A DNA stretch of 64,000 nucleotides from an uncultured Alphaproteobacteria bacterium (GCA_963845385.1 CAWJRW010000008.1:2399-66398), one strand, 5' to 3'. Counted from the first letter of the stretch, positions 9,582-22,475 are shown. The notes: generated by a model from the sequence alone, not told the origin. Made by a program: numbers and translations.

Positions 9582-10469
9582 TCAGTGCGTCATGAGGACC
9601 GGCAGCTTGGCGTGCGTCACGATGTGACGCGTCGTGCCGCCGAGAATGAACTCGCGCAGGCGGCTGTGTCCGTAGCCGCCCATGACCAAGAGGCCCGCGC
9701 CGGCATCGACGGCCGCATCGAGCAGCACCTGGCCCACGGAGCGGCCTTGCGGCTCCAGAATATGCTCGGCCGCGTGCACGCCGTGCATGGTGAGATAGTC
9801 GGCGAGCATGATGCCCGGGCTTGCGGCCGCAGTCCCGCCCGGCTGCTGAGGCCCGGTGCGCACGGTGAGGATGCTCACCGTGCTGGCAAGCGCGAGAAAC
9901 GGCAGGGCGGCGCTCACGGCGTGCGCGGCCTCGACGCTGCCGTCCCAGGCGATGGCCACGGCTTTCGCCACCTCGGGCGTCTTGAGATCCTGCGGCGCGA
10001 CGAGCACGGGCCTCCCCGCATTCACGAGGGCGGCTTCGATCGTGACCATGGCGGTGGAGGAATCCTCGGGCTTGGCTTCGGCGAACACCACGAGATCGGC
10101 AAGCCTGCTCGCGCGCTCCACAACGTCGGCGAGACGGCCGGTGAATTCGATGAAGCGCGCCGACGCCCGCCCCGGGCCTTGCGCCGCGGTCACCACCGGC
10201 ACATGCGCGGCGGCGGCGGCCGCGGCAAGATTGCGCTTTGCGGCCCCTGCGGCATCGGCGGCGGCTTCCTTCGCCGCCTGCATGATCTCTTCGATCACCT
10301 GCCCCGAGACGCCTTCGCCGAGATAGGGCAAAGCCTCGGTGGGGTCGGGCCAGACGAACAGCGCGTCGAGATGGGCCTTGAGCTCGCGCGCCACCGCAAG
10401 CCCGAGCGCCAAGGCGCCCCCATCGCCCGTGCGCGAGGACATCGGCACCAGAATCCGGCGCATGGTCAT
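9582..10469 (-). CDS. universal stress protein (tandem UspA domains)
   Basis: ORF 9582..10469. Two Usp-like halves, with C-terminal LVMGGYGHSRLREFILGGTTRHIV. Confidence 0.85.
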   Translation of the reverse strand: MTMRRILVPMSSRTGDGGALALGLAVARELKAHLDALFVWPDPTEALPYLGEGVSGQVIEEIMQAAKEAAADAAGAAKRNLAAAAAAAHVPVVTAAQGPGRASARFIEFTGRLADVVERASRLADLVVFAEAKPEDSSTAMVTIEAALVNAGRPVLVAPQDLKTPEVAKAVAIAWDGSVEAAHAVSAALPFLALASTVSILTVRTGPQQPGGTAAASPGIMLADYLTMHGVHAAEHILEPQGRSVGQVLLDAAVDAGAGLLVMGGYGHSRLREFILGGTTRHIVTHAKLPVLMTH

Positions 10470-10528
10470 GGCTTACCTCCACCGTTGAGCAAGTCTAGCT
10501 TAGAAAGCCCGAAAGGGCATCGCAGGGA

Positions 10529-11167
10529 ATGACCGATGTCAACGACGAGCGCCTCCTCGACGTGTCCTCGAAAAGCATGACGAAAACGCAAGCGCGCGCC
10601 TGGCAGCGCATGTTGAGCGGAAGGCGGCTCGACCTGCTCAACCCCTCGCCCCTCGACATCGAGATCGAGGACATCGCCCACGGGCTCGCCCGCGTCGCGC
10701 GCTGGAACGGCCAGACCCGGGGCGATCACGCCTTCTCGGTGGCGCAGCATTGCCTCCTGGTCGAGCGGCTCGCGGCGGCGCTGAAGCCGGGCCTGTCCGT
10801 CCGCTTTCGCCGCGCGGCGCTGTTGCACGATGCCTCGGAATATGTGGTGGGCGATCTCATCAGCCCGTTCAAGGCGGCCCTGGCCCTCGACTACAAGGAC
10901 TTCGAGACGCGGCTCTTGGAGGCGATCCACATCCGCTTCGGCTTGCCCGCGCGCTTGCCTCAAGAAATCACGCGCCTCATCAAGAAGGCCGATCGCGCCG
11001 CGGCTTATTGGGAAGCGCGCCTGCTCGCGGGCTTCTCGGCCGAGGAGGCCTTGCGCTATTTCGGTCCGAAGCCCAAAGGCGAGCCGCCCAATCTCGAGCC
11101 GCTTCCGGCCAAGGAGGCCGAAGCGCGTTTTCTCGCGCGCTTTGGCACCTTAGAGCTGCGCGCTTGA
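10529..11167 (+). CDS. HD-domain phosphohydrolase
   Basis: ORF 10529..11167. FSVAQHCLLVERL and LLHDASEYVVGDLISP. An internal ATG (MTKTQ..) is an alternative start. Confidence 0.7.
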   Translation: MTDVNDERLLDVSSKSMTKTQARAWQRMLSGRRLDLLNPSPLDIEIEDIAHGLARVARWNGQTRGDHAFSVAQHCLLVERLAAALKPGLSVRFRRAALLHDASEYVVGDLISPFKAALALDYKDFETRLLEAIHIRFGLPARLPQEITRLIKKADRAAAYWEARLLAGFSAEEALRYFGPKPKGEPPNLEPLPAKEAEARFLARFGTLELRA

Positions 11168-11201
11168 AACGGAGACAGCGGCTCGCGCGCTATCATCGGC
11201 C

Positions 11202-12305
11202 ATGTCTCAAAGCAAAACCGCTCAAAGCAAAACCGCGCAGAGCAAGATTGCGAGCGTGACGCCGCCCGCCGAGGCGCCCGCCGTCGTCATCGGGCTGCAT
11301 GCCGCGATCATCGCCGTCTTCGAGGAGACGCCCCACGTTCTCGTCGTCCATCACGCGGCGGAAACGGGCTCCATGCACGGCACGACGGGCGTGCCCGAGG
11401 CCGATCGCGCGCGCGAAGGCTTGCCCTTTGGCCCCTTCGAGCCGCTCACCCATCGCACCATGGACATCGGCTTGCGGGCGTGGGTTGCCGAGCAGACGAA
11501 GCTCACCTTAGGCCATGTCGAGCAGCTCTACACTTTCGGCGACCGCGGGCGTCACGCCACCCCGGGCGGCGAGGAGCCTCATGTGGTGTCGGTAGGCTAT
11601 CTCGCGCTCACACGGCGCACGCCGCTGCCGCCGCATGCGGGCGCCGTGTGGCGGAACTGGTATCGCTATTTTCCCTGGGAGGATTGGCGGGTCGAGCGGC
11701 CCAAGGGCATCGGCGCGCTGATCGAGCCCTTGCTCGCGGAATGGGTACAGCGCGCGCAAGGCGCCGAGGACGCGGCGCGGCGGCGCGACCGGGTCAATCT
11801 CTGCTTCGGCCTTTCGGGCCTCGCATGGAACGAGGAGCAGGTGCTCGAGCGCTACGAGCTTCTCTACGAAGCGGGGCTCGTTTACGAGGCGCGGCGCGAC
11901 CGGCCGCATCTTCATCAGGGTCTCGAGCGTCGCTTGGTCGAGCGCGGCGCGAACCCTTCGGTGCTCGGCGAGCCCATGATCTTCGACCACCGCCGCATTC
12001 TTGCCACCGCCATGGGGCGCTTGCGCGGCAAACTCAAATACCGGCCGCTCGTCTTCGAGCTCATGCCGCCCACCTTCACGCTCTTGGAGCTTCAGCGCAC
12101 GGTGGAGGCGATCTTGGGCGTGCGCTTGCACAAGCAGAATTTCCGCAGGCTCCTCGCGCGCACGGGGCTCGTCGAGCCCACGGGCCAAGTGACCACCAAG
12201 ACCGGCGGCCGGCCCGCCGAGCAATTCCGCTTCCGCCGCGAAGTCTTGCGCGAGCGCCCCGCTCCCGGCATGCGGCTTCCCCAGCCGCGCGCAGCGCGGA
12301 GATGA
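11202..12305 (+). CDS. nadQ: Nudix-like NAD-metabolism transcriptional regulator (NadQ/NrtR-like)
   Basis: ORF 11202..12305. Nudix-like N-half (GHVEQLYTFGDRGR). C-terminal winged helix FDHRRILATAMGRLRGKLKYRPLVFELMPPTFTLLELQRTVEAILG..NFRR. Lies 1.3 kb upstream of nadABC. The N-terminus has an SKTAQ tandem repeat. Confidence 0.65.
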   Translation: MSQSKTAQSKTAQSKIASVTPPAEAPAVVIGLHAAIIAVFEETPHVLVVHHAAETGSMHGTTGVPEADRAREGLPFGPFEPLTHRTMDIGLRAWVAEQTKLTLGHVEQLYTFGDRGRHATPGGEEPHVVSVGYLALTRRTPLPPHAGAVWRNWYRYFPWEDWRVERPKGIGALIEPLLAEWVQRAQGAEDAARRRDRVNLCFGLSGLAWNEEQVLERYELLYEAGLVYEARRDRPHLHQGLERRLVERGANPSVLGEPMIFDHRRILATAMGRLRGKLKYRPLVFELMPPTFTLLELQRTVEAILGVRLHKQNFRRLLARTGLVEPTGQVTTKTGGRPAEQFRFRREVLRERPAPGMRLPQPRAARR

Positions 12306-12359
12306 TGAGCGCACAACGACGCGCGTGCCCCACGTCGATGTTTACTCGCACTCACGCTC

Positions 12360-12501
12360 TTGGCCCTGGATGCCCGAGACCTGCCTGCGCGAAGCCGGGG
12401 CTTCGCTCCGGCGAAGGCAGGCAAGCTCGGGCATGACAGCGGAGAGAATGGGCAAGCGCGTCACACCAAACTAAAGCCTGTCACCCCCGGGCTCGGCCCG
12501 C
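12360..12501. repeat. REP family 1 long hairpin cluster
   Basis: ccctggatgcccgag..cctgcctgcgcgaagccggggcttcgc..gcaggcaagctcgggcatgacagc forms an extended palindrome. Further REP-like sequence lies at 12748-12795. Confidence 0.7.
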
Positions 12502-12747
12502 GGCTGTCCGGTTTAGGGTTCATCGCAATCAGGAAAGTCGTTATCTGCGCGAGCAGATCGAGCCATCCCGGTTTGGTGCGACGCGAATCCCGACTTCCTC
12601 TGACTGTCGTCCCCGGGCGCCGCGCAAGCGGCCTTCCGGGGACCCAGGGTGGAAAACGCTTGCGCTTGTGGCCCTGGATTGCCGGAACTCGCGCTTCGCG
12701 CGGCCCGGCAATGACAGCGGAAGAAAATCGCCGCTAAACCGGCAGCC
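12502..12747. mobile_element. MITE-like element (~250 bp, 15-bp terminal inverted repeats), copy A
   Basis: Ends ggctgtccggtttag (12502-12516) and ctaaaccggcagcc (12734-12747). The whole unit matches the reverse complement of 57614-57864. No coding potential. Confidence 0.75.
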
Positions 12748-12805
12748 GTGAGCGCCCGGGGGTCCAGGGCAACACACTCTTGCGCAAGTGACGGCGGGCG
12801 CTATC

Positions 12806-13410
12806 TTACATCAACCCTTCCGCCTTCAGTGTCTCCTGCACCTTGGGGCGTGCGGCGACGCGCTGCATATAGGCGCGCACATTTGCAAAGGAGAAAGCTC
12901 GACTTTGAGGAAGTCCGCGGCGTTCAACGCCCAGAAGCAATAGGCATCGGCCACGGTGAATGTGTTGCCCATGAGATAGGTCTTGCCGGCCAGCGCTTTG
13001 TCGAGATAGGCCAGCCGCACCGCGAGCGATTTGCGCGCGATATTCTTCGTCTCTTCCGGGATGTGGGGTGGGAAGATCAAGCCGTTGGACTTGTGAATCT
13101 CCGAGCCGACGAAGCTCAGCCATTCCTGCAGGCGGTAGCGCTCGGGCGAGCCCCATTCCGGCGCAAGGCCCGATTTAGGCTTCAGATCGGCCAAGTATTG
13201 CACGATCGCCGCGCCCTCGGTGAGCACCTCGCCGTTGTCGAGCTCGAGCGCGGGCACGTAACCCTTGGGATTGACCTTGTTGAAGTCGGCGCCGCGGTCG
13301 GTCTTCTTGGACGGGTAATCAACCTTCTCGAGCTCGAAGTTGAACCCGCCTTCGCGGAGAACAATATGGGGCGACATCGAGCACGCTCCGGGCATGTAAT
13401 AGAGCTTCAT
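12806..13410 (-). pseudogene. glutathione S-transferase (GstA-like), one apparent frameshift near 12890
   Basis: ORF 12826..13410 (MKLYYMPGACSMSPHIVLREGG..). The conserved C-terminus FANVRAYMQRVAARPKVQETLKAEGLM* is in the frame of ORF 12806..13156. Confidence 0.85.
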
Positions 13411-13638
13411 GGGACGTGACCTCTTCTCACGGGGAGGGAATAGGATTTAAGGAAGCCCACTTAAGCCAAAGCCCCGCGGCCCCGCAATCACGAGGCCGTC
13501 ATCGGGGCTTTCCTGCGGCGTTTGAGCCACATGGCCCCTCTTGGCAGGGGCTTGGGAAGATGCTTATGCTCAATAACGTTCTAAGCGTCGCCGGTGGGTC
13601 TTAAGCGGGTCTTGACCGGTGTTTTTTGAGCGCCTACA

Positions 13639-13657
13639 TATGCTCAGTATGAGCATA
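13639..13657. promoter_or_regulatory. perfect 8-3-8 palindrome TATGCTCA-gta-TGAGCATA, candidate NadQ operator of nadABC
   Basis: Read directly from the sequence. Lies 6 nt upstream of the nadA ORF start and is AT-rich in a GC-rich genome. A left half-site TTATGCTCA also occurs at 13564-13572. Confidence 0.5.
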
Positions 13658-13662
13658 ACAAG

Positions 13663-14742
13663 ATGGGCGCCGGAGGCGGGAGATGGGACGACGGGAACGC
13701 TTTGATCTTCCAGGCGACGAGCCGGAACTTTCCTATACATCCGAGATCGCGGCAGGCGACCGCGCCCCTTTACGAGCGGGTGCGCCATGTGGTGCCCGCG
13801 ATCGAATGGCCGTTTTTCGCGCCCTATGTCTACGAGATCAACAAGCTCAAGCGCGCGCGGAATGCCGTCATCCTGGCGCACAACTACATGACGCCGGAGA
13901 TCTTCCACACCATCGCCGATTTCCGCGGCGACTCCCTCCAGCTCGCCCAGGAGGCCGCACGCACGGACGCCAAGATCATCGTCCAATGCGGCGTGCATTT
14001 CATGGCCGAGACCTCGAAGCTGCTTTCGCCCGACAAGCTGGTGCTCATCCCGGATCTTTTGGCCGGCTGCTCGCTTGCCGCCTCCATCACGGCCGCCGAT
14101 GTGCGATTGCTGCGCGAAAAATATCCGGGCGTGCCGGTGGTCACCTATGTCAACACCTCGGCCGCGGTGAAAGCCGAGTCCGACATCTGCTGCACCTCCT
14201 CCAACGCGGTCGCGATCGTCGAATCCTTGGGCACGGATCGCGTGATCATGATTCCCGACGAATTCCTCGCCAAATGGGTGGCGAGCCAGACCAAGGTGCA
14301 GATCATCGCCTGGCACGGCCATTGCGAAGTGCATGAGCGCTTCACCGGCGCCGAGATCCGCCGCTACCGGAAAGCCCATCCCGACATCAAAGTCATCGCC
14401 CATCCCGAATGCCCGCCCGACGTGCTGGCCGAAGCCGATTTCACGGGCTCGACCTCGGCCATGATCCGCTATGTGGGCGAGAAGAAGCCCAAGCGCGTCA
14501 TCATGGTCACCGAATGCTCCATGAGCGACAACGTCGCGGCCGAGCATCCGGACGTGGAATTCATCCGCCCGTGCAATCTCTGCCCGCATATGAAGCGCAT
14601 CACGTTGCCTAAAGTGCTTCGCTCGCTGCAAACGCTCACGCACGAAGTGACGATCGATCCCGCGGTCGCGGGCCGCGCGCGGCAGGCCGTGGAGCGCATG
14701 CTCGCGGTGAGTGCGGCCGCGCGCGCAAAGCGCGCCGCTTAA
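13663..14742 (+). CDS. nadA: quinolinate synthase
   Basis: ORF 13663..14742. [20 protein letters not shown] and HPECP motifs. The exact start is uncertain. Confidence 0.9.
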   Translation: MGAGGGRWDDGNALIFQATSRNFPIHPRSRQATAPLYERVRHVVPAIEWPFFAPYVYEINKLKRARNAVILAHNYMTPEIFHTIADFRGDSLQLAQEAARTDAKIIVQCGVHFMAETSKLLSPDKLVLIPDLLAGCSLAASITAADVRLLREKYPGVPVVTYVNTSAAVKAESDICCTSSNAVAIVESLGTDRVIMIPDEFLAKWVASQTKVQIIAWHGHCEVHERFTGAEIRRYRKAHPDIKVIAHPECPPDVLAEADFTGSTSAMIRYVGEKKPKRVIMVTECSMSDNVAAEHPDVEFIRPCNLCPHMKRITLPKVLRSLQTLTHEVTIDPAVAGRARQAVERMLAVSAAARAKRAA

Positions 14743-14756
14743 GCGAGCGGCGCGCC

Positions 14757-16347
14757 ATGGCCGGACACGACGTGATCGATGCCGGCGACGTTCTCATCGT
14801 CGGCGCGGGGCTCGCAGGCCTCTTCACCGCCCTCAAGCTTGCTCCGCGCAAGGTCACCTTGCTCGCCGAGAACGGCGGCGGCCCCGGCAACGGCACCTCG
14901 AGCGCTTGGGCGCAAGGCGGCATTGCCGCGGCCATCGGTCCCGGCGACAGCGCGAGCCAGCACGCCGCCGACACCATCGCGGTGGGCGCCGGCATCGTCG
15001 ACACGCACATGGCGCGTCTCCTCGCCGAGGAAGCCCCGGCGCGCATCGACGATCTCGCCCGCCTCGGCGTGCCCTTCGACCGCGACGCCGCGGGCCATTT
15101 CGTGCTCGGCCGCGAAGGCGCCCACAGCCGCGCGCGCATCGTGCGCGTGAGCGGCGATCGCGCGGGCAAAGCGATCATCTCCACGCTCGGCCGCACGGTG
15201 TCGGCCACGCCCTCGATCCGCGTGCTCGCGGGCCATCGTGCGCGCGCGCTGGCACTCCATGAGGGGCGCGTGTGCGGCGTCTTCGCCGAGCCCCATGGCA
15301 GGAACAAGGGCAAGCCGCGCGCGCTCGTTTTCATCCGCGCGGGCCATGTGGTGCTGGCGACCGGAGGCGTGGGCGCGCTTTACGCCGTGACCACCAATCC
15401 CCCCGCGGCGCAGGGCGACGGGCTTGCCATGGCCGCAGGCGCGGGCGCGCTCATCGCCGACGCCGAATTCGTGCAGTTCCATCCCACCGCCATCGCCGTC
15501 GGCCGCGACCCCGCGCCGCTCGCCACCGAAGCCTTGCGCGGCGAGGGCGCGATCCTCGTCAACGGCCGGGGCGAACGCTTCATGCTGGGCTGTCATCCCA
15601 TGGCCGAGCTTGCGCCGCGCGACGTCGTGGCGCGCGCCATTCACCGCGAGCTCCGCCGCGGCGCGAGCGTTTATCTCGACTGCCGCGAGGCGGTAGGGCC
15701 GCGCTTTCCCGACGCTTTCCCAACCGTCTACGCCGCCTGCGCCGCAGCGGGCATCGATCCCGTGCGTGAAAGAATTCCGGTGGCGCCCGCCGCGCATTAC
15801 CACATGGGCGGCGTCGCCGCCGACGATCGCGGGCGGACGACGCTGCCCGGGCTTTCGGTGTGCGGCGAGGTGGCGTCCACCGGCGCTCATGGCGCAAACC
15901 GGCTCGCCTCGAACTCGCTCTTGGAAGCGCTCGTGCTCGGCGCGCGCATCGCGGAAGCTCTCCGCGGCGAGACGCTGCCGCAGCCGCCGGCGCAGGTTCG
16001 CGCGCCGCATATCGGCAGCGTCGCGCCCGCCATGCGCCGGCGCTTGCGCGGGCTCATGACGAGCCATGTGGGACTCGAGCGCACCGAAGAGGGCCTTCGC
16101 GACGCGCTCAACATGTTGACGAGAACTCCGGCCCGAACGGCGCAAGATCGCGGACGGCGCGGTGATCGCGGGCCTTCTTATCGCGGCCGCAGCACTCGAA
16201 AGGCGCGAAAGCCGCGGCAGCCATTTCCGCGCCGATTTTCCCGACGCCGATGCGCATTTCGCGCGGCGCACATTCCTCACGCTCAAGGACGCGGAGACCA
16301 TCGCCGAAGCCAAGCTCGAGGCGCGCGCCGAAAGGCTCGCGCAATGA
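14757..16347 (+). pseudogene. nadB: L-aspartate oxidase, one apparent frameshift near 16117
   Basis: DVLIVGAGLAGL, HYHMGGV and GANRLASNSLLE in the frame starting at 14757. The true C-terminus (..[18 protein letters not shown]..) is ORF 16162..16347. The 1025-aa ORF in the track is read-through. Confidence 0.9.
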
Positions 16348-17202
16348 CGGCGCTGGAGCCGCTGTCCCCGCTCCTGCTCGAACCCGTTGTGCGCGCGGCG
16401 CTCGATCGAGGATCTCGGCCCCTTGGGCGATGTCACGAGCGAAAGCGTCGTGCCCAAGGGAACGAAGGCCCGCATGGTGATCCGCGCCCGCGCCGCGGGC
16501 CGCATCGCGGGGCTTCTCGCTGCCGAAACCGCCTTCAAGCTCGTCGATCCCGCGACGCGCGTGTCGCTCGAGCTGGAAGACGGACGCGACGCGCGCGCGG
16601 GCGACGCGCTGGCGCGCGTCGAGGGCGAGGCGCGCGCCATTCTCGCCGCCGAGCGCGTTGCGCTCAATTTTCTCGGCCACCTCTCGGGTGTGGCGACCGC
16701 GACCAAGGCGCTCGTCGATGCGACAGCGGGCACGCGCGCGAAAATCTGCTGCACGCGCAAGACGACGCCGGGCCTGCGCGCCATGGAGAAATACGCCGTG
16801 CGCGCGGGCGGCGGCGTCAATCACCGCTTCGGGCTCTCGGACGGCGTGCTCATCAAGGACAATCATTTGGCGGTCGCGGGCAGCATCGCGCGCGCGGTGG
16901 AGCGGGCGCGCGCGCGCGTCGGCCACATGATGAAGATCGAGGTCGAGATCGACAGCTTAGCGATGCTCGACGAGGCGCTCGCCGCGGGCGTCGATGCCGT
17001 CATGCTCGACAACATGTCGCTCGAAGACATGGCGCAGGCGGTGAAGCGGGTGGCGGGAAAAGTCGTGCTCGAAGCCTCGGGCAACGTGACGCGCGAGCGC
17101 GTGCGCGCCATCGCCGAGACCGGCGTCGATCTCATCTCCTCGGGCGCGATCACTCACTCCGCGCCCGCGCTCGACGTCGCCCTCGACGCGGAAGGCGCGT
17201 AG
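16344..17202 (+). pseudogene. nadC: nicotinate-nucleotide diphosphorylase (carboxylating), one apparent frameshift near 16407
   Basis: ATG 16344 (ATGA overlap with the nadB stop) gives [20 protein letters not shown]. The frame then changes into ORF 16387..17202 (EDLGPLGDVTSE, TRKTTPGLR, KDNH). Confidence 0.9.
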
Positions 17203-17230
17203 GCGCTCCGAGATTTCATCGCCGCAGGAT

Positions 17231-17310
17231 GACCCCCCTGTGGTCCCCCCTTGCAGGGGGGACGAGGCTTATCTCCCTCCCCCTGCAAGGGGGAGGGCAG
17301 GGTGGGGGTC
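17231..17310. repeat. ~80-bp double-hairpin element, family 2, copy 2 (inverted)
   Basis: The reverse complement matches 9085-9163 and 61927-62006. Sits between convergent nadC and the M20 peptidase gene. Confidence 0.85.
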
Positions 17311-17351
17311 GCTTGTTGGCGCGGCGCAAGCAATTTGGCGTGATCGCGAAT

Positions 17352-18768
17352 TCACCTTCCGCCCGCGAGCGCTTTCACCAGCCGGTATTGAAACTCCGCC
17401 GCGTCGTAGAATGCCGCGATGCCGACGCGCTCGTCCTTGCCGTGAATGCGGTTCTCGCCCATCTCCATGAAGACGCCGCTGTTGCCGTATGTCGGAATGC
17501 CCGCGTTGCGCAAGTAGCGGCTGTCGGTGTAGCCCGAGGACATGGAGGGGATCACGGGCGTGCCCGGCCACATCTGTTCCACCAGCGCGCGCGTCGCCGC
17601 CATCACCTCGCCGTTGATCGGCGAGGGCGCGCTCGAGACATCGACGAAGGCGAGATTGACCGCGATTTGATCGTCGGCCACGACGCGCTTCAACGCCGCC
17701 GTGACTTCGTCCGCGCTGTCGCCGGGCAGAAGCCGGCAGTTGACGAGCGCGCGGGCGAGTCTGCGGCAAGGCGTTGTCCGCATGCCCGCCTTCGAGACGC
17801 GTGGCGACGCAAGTCGTGCGCAGCTGCGCGTTGAGATAGGGCACTTGGGCGAGGCGCGCGACAGCCTTGCGCGCGGGCTTGGCTTTCGCCACCGCCGCCA
17901 TGTCGCGCGCGCGCTGTCCCTCCTCGAGGCTCGCCATGCGCGCGAAAGTGGCGCGCGTCGTGTCGTTCAGACGGACCGGGAAGTCGAAGGCGTCGAGCCG
18001 GCCGAGGCCCGCGGCCAAGCGGTAGATCGCGGTGTCCTTCGAGGGCACGGAGCTGTGTCCGCCGGGCGCGTGAACCTCGAGCCAATAATTCACGTACAGC
18101 TTCTCGCCCGTCTGCACGCCGTAGGTGAACGGCTTGCCGTGTTTGAGCGCGCCGCCGCCGCCTTCATTGAGCGCGAATTCCGCGTCGATCAGATCGCGCT
18201 TGTTCTTGAGCAGCCAGGCCACGCCGTCTTGTCCCGACTCCGGCGTCTCCTCGTCGGTGGTGAGCGCCACGATGATGTCGCGATCGAATTTCGCGCCTTC
18301 TTTTTTGTAGCGGATGAGATTGGCGAGGAAGATCGCGCCCATCGCCTTGTCGTCGATGGAGCCGCGGGCATAGTAGAAGCCGTCTTTCTCGACGAGCGTG
18401 AAGGGATCGGTCGACCAGTCCGCGGCAGCGGCGGGCACCACGTCGAGATGGGCGATGAGTAGCAGCGGACGCTTGGTGCCGTTGCCGGTGAGCCGCGCCA
18501 CGAGATCGCCCTTGCGCGGCGCCTGGACGAAGACCTCTGCGTCGGATTTGCGAAAGCCCGCGGCCCAAAGATGCGCCGCCATGGCGCGCGCCGCCTTGGC
18601 CGTGTCGCCGGTCGCAGCCGTGGTCTCGATTTCGACCAGCTCCTTGTAGATGTCGTGCAGGCGCTGCTGCTCACGCGTGAGATCAAACGTTTGCGCGCGC
18701 GCGTTCGGCGCCGCGCAAAGCGCGGCCGCAAAGACGAACAACGCGGCAAGGCGAGCAGGCAGGATCAT
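17352..18768 (-). pseudogene. secreted M20-family metallopeptidase, one apparent frameshift near 17763
   Basis: ORF 17269..18768 N-terminal part (signal peptide MILPARLAALFVFAAALCAAPNARA, HLDVVP, GSIDDK, TTDEE). It continues in ORF 17352..17783 (ARALVNCRLLPGDS.., GYTDSRYL, HGKDERV). Confidence 0.85.
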
Positions 18769-18841
18769 CTCGGTCTCCCTGGGAGCGATGACTCATACTG
18801 TCACCGGGGGACTTGGCCCCGCAATGCGCGCGATATACCCA

Positions 18842-18961
18842 CATCCTTCGAGACGCTCGGCGCTTGCGCGCTCGGCTCCTCAGGATGAGGGCAGACTGTT
18901 GTCGCCTCATCCTGAGGAGGAGCCCGAAGCGGAGCGAAGGGTGGCGTCTCGAAGGATGAGG
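18842..18961. repeat. inverted pair of family 4 repeats (CCTCATCCTGAGGAG..GCGTCTCGAAGGATGAGG)
   Basis: Unit at 18842-18890 and its inverse at 18905-18961 could form a ~120-nt cruciform. A REP family 1 hairpin follows at 18969-18997. Confidence 0.75.
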
Positions 18962-19019
18962 CAAGAGAAATGCCCGACGCGGAGCCGGGCATAAAGATTC
19001 GCAGGTGAAACGAGTGCGC

Positions 19020-19625
19020 TTAGCCGCGGGGCGTTTGGCCGGGCGTCGAGTAGAAGATGTGGCGGCCGATGCGCGTGGTGCGCTCGAGCGAGGCCGCCCA
19101 ATAAGGATCGACATAGGTCGCGTGGTAATTGGTGGCGGAGCCGACGACGCTCTGGCTGTGGCCGAGCACCACATTGCGCGCGAGCCGCTCGGCCTTTTGC
19201 CAAGCGAGCCCTTCCACCACCTTGTCGAGCGAGCCGTCGCAGGTAAAGCTGAATTGGCAACCCGTGACGCGCTCGGCGCCCTGATAGACGACGCCGCAGA
19301 TCGAGCTCGCATAATTGCCGCTGCGCACGCGATTCATCACCACTTCGGCGACGGCGAGCTGGCCCGCGTTCGATTCGCCGCGCGCCTCGTAATAGATGGC
19401 TTGCGCGAGGCAGGTGGCTTCCTGCTCAAGCACGAGCGCGGCCAATCGGACCGTTTGCACCGAATCACTCATGACGGGAGCGGCGTCGGCCACGGTGGCG
19501 CGCACGTGCGCCAAGCCACGGCCCGGAAAATGATCCGACAACATGGCGCTGCCCACTGCGGCGATCGCCGCAGCCCAGGCCATGATAACGACGGCACCCG
19601 CAAGCTTACGATCAGCTTCGGTCAT
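19020..19625 (-). CDS. cell wall hydrolase (SleB family)
   Basis: ORF 19020..19625. N-terminal TM segment, CLAQAIYYEARGES, VAEVVMNRV, CQFSF. Confidence 0.85.
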   Translation of the reverse strand: MTEADRKLAGAVVIMAWAAAIAAVGSAMLSDHFPGRGLAHVRATVADAAPVMSDSVQTVRLAALVLEQEATCLAQAIYYEARGESNAGQLAVAEVVMNRVRSGNYASSICGVVYQGAERVTGCQFSFTCDGSLDKVVEGLAWQKAERLARNVVLGHSQSVVGSATNYHATYVDPYWAASLERTTRIGRHIFYSTPGQTPRG

Positions 19626-19672
19626 CTTGAGTCTGCTCTCCCCAGCCCAATGGTTCCAGCAGGTTGGCGCTC

Positions 19673-19700
19673 AAACTACCGGTGGAGCGACATTTGTCAA
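19673..19700 (-). promoter_or_regulatory. candidate sigma-70-type promoter of the SleB-like gene
   Basis: Minus strand: TTGACA (19700-19695), 16 nt, TAGTTT (19678-19673). About 45 nt upstream of ATG 19625, with a GGAGAG RBS in between. Confidence 0.35.
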
Positions 19701-19781
19701 ACCAAAACATTGCCGTTTCCTTGCGCCAACTTGTGGATAAATCGGCAAGAAGGGTGCCGGAAACGCTTGATTTGCGCGTAT

Positions 19782-22475
<2,694 letters not shown>

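Noticed and set aside
9193-10482. A 429-aa ORF covering the usp gene region.
   Set aside because: Only the last 123 aa have protein-like composition and an RBS-preceded ATG. The rest overlaps the well-supported universal stress protein gene in another frame.
12330-12800. Closely spaced GC-rich palindromes (also at 57520-57900 and 42720-42935) as a possible CRISPR array.
   Set aside because: The units differ in length and sequence, there is no regular repeat-spacer periodicity, no cas genes are present, and the units are self-complementary REP/MITE-type hairpins.
13564-13585. A second full NadQ-like palindrome upstream of nadA.
   Set aside because: Only the left half (TTATGCTCA) matches. The expected right half is ACGTTCTAA, sharing 3 of 9 positions with TGAGCATAA.
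14739-16820. A 693-aa ORF antisense to nadB. Many similar long ORFs lie opposite or out of frame to real genes (e.g. 297..1274, 2847..4445, 20014..21243, 30909..32102, 41594..42661, 62841..63821).
   Set aside because: These are Arg/Ala/Gly/Pro-rich, low-complexity translations typical of shadow ORFs in ~two-thirds-GC DNA. Each is fully overlapped by a gene with strong conserved motifs on the other strand or in another frame.
14757-17834. A 1025-aa ORF that looks like a giant NadB fusion protein.
   Set aside because: Only the first ~450 aa are NadB. After the frame change near 16117 the translation becomes Arg-rich nonsense running through nadC and a repeat. The true NadB C-terminus and NadC are in other frames.
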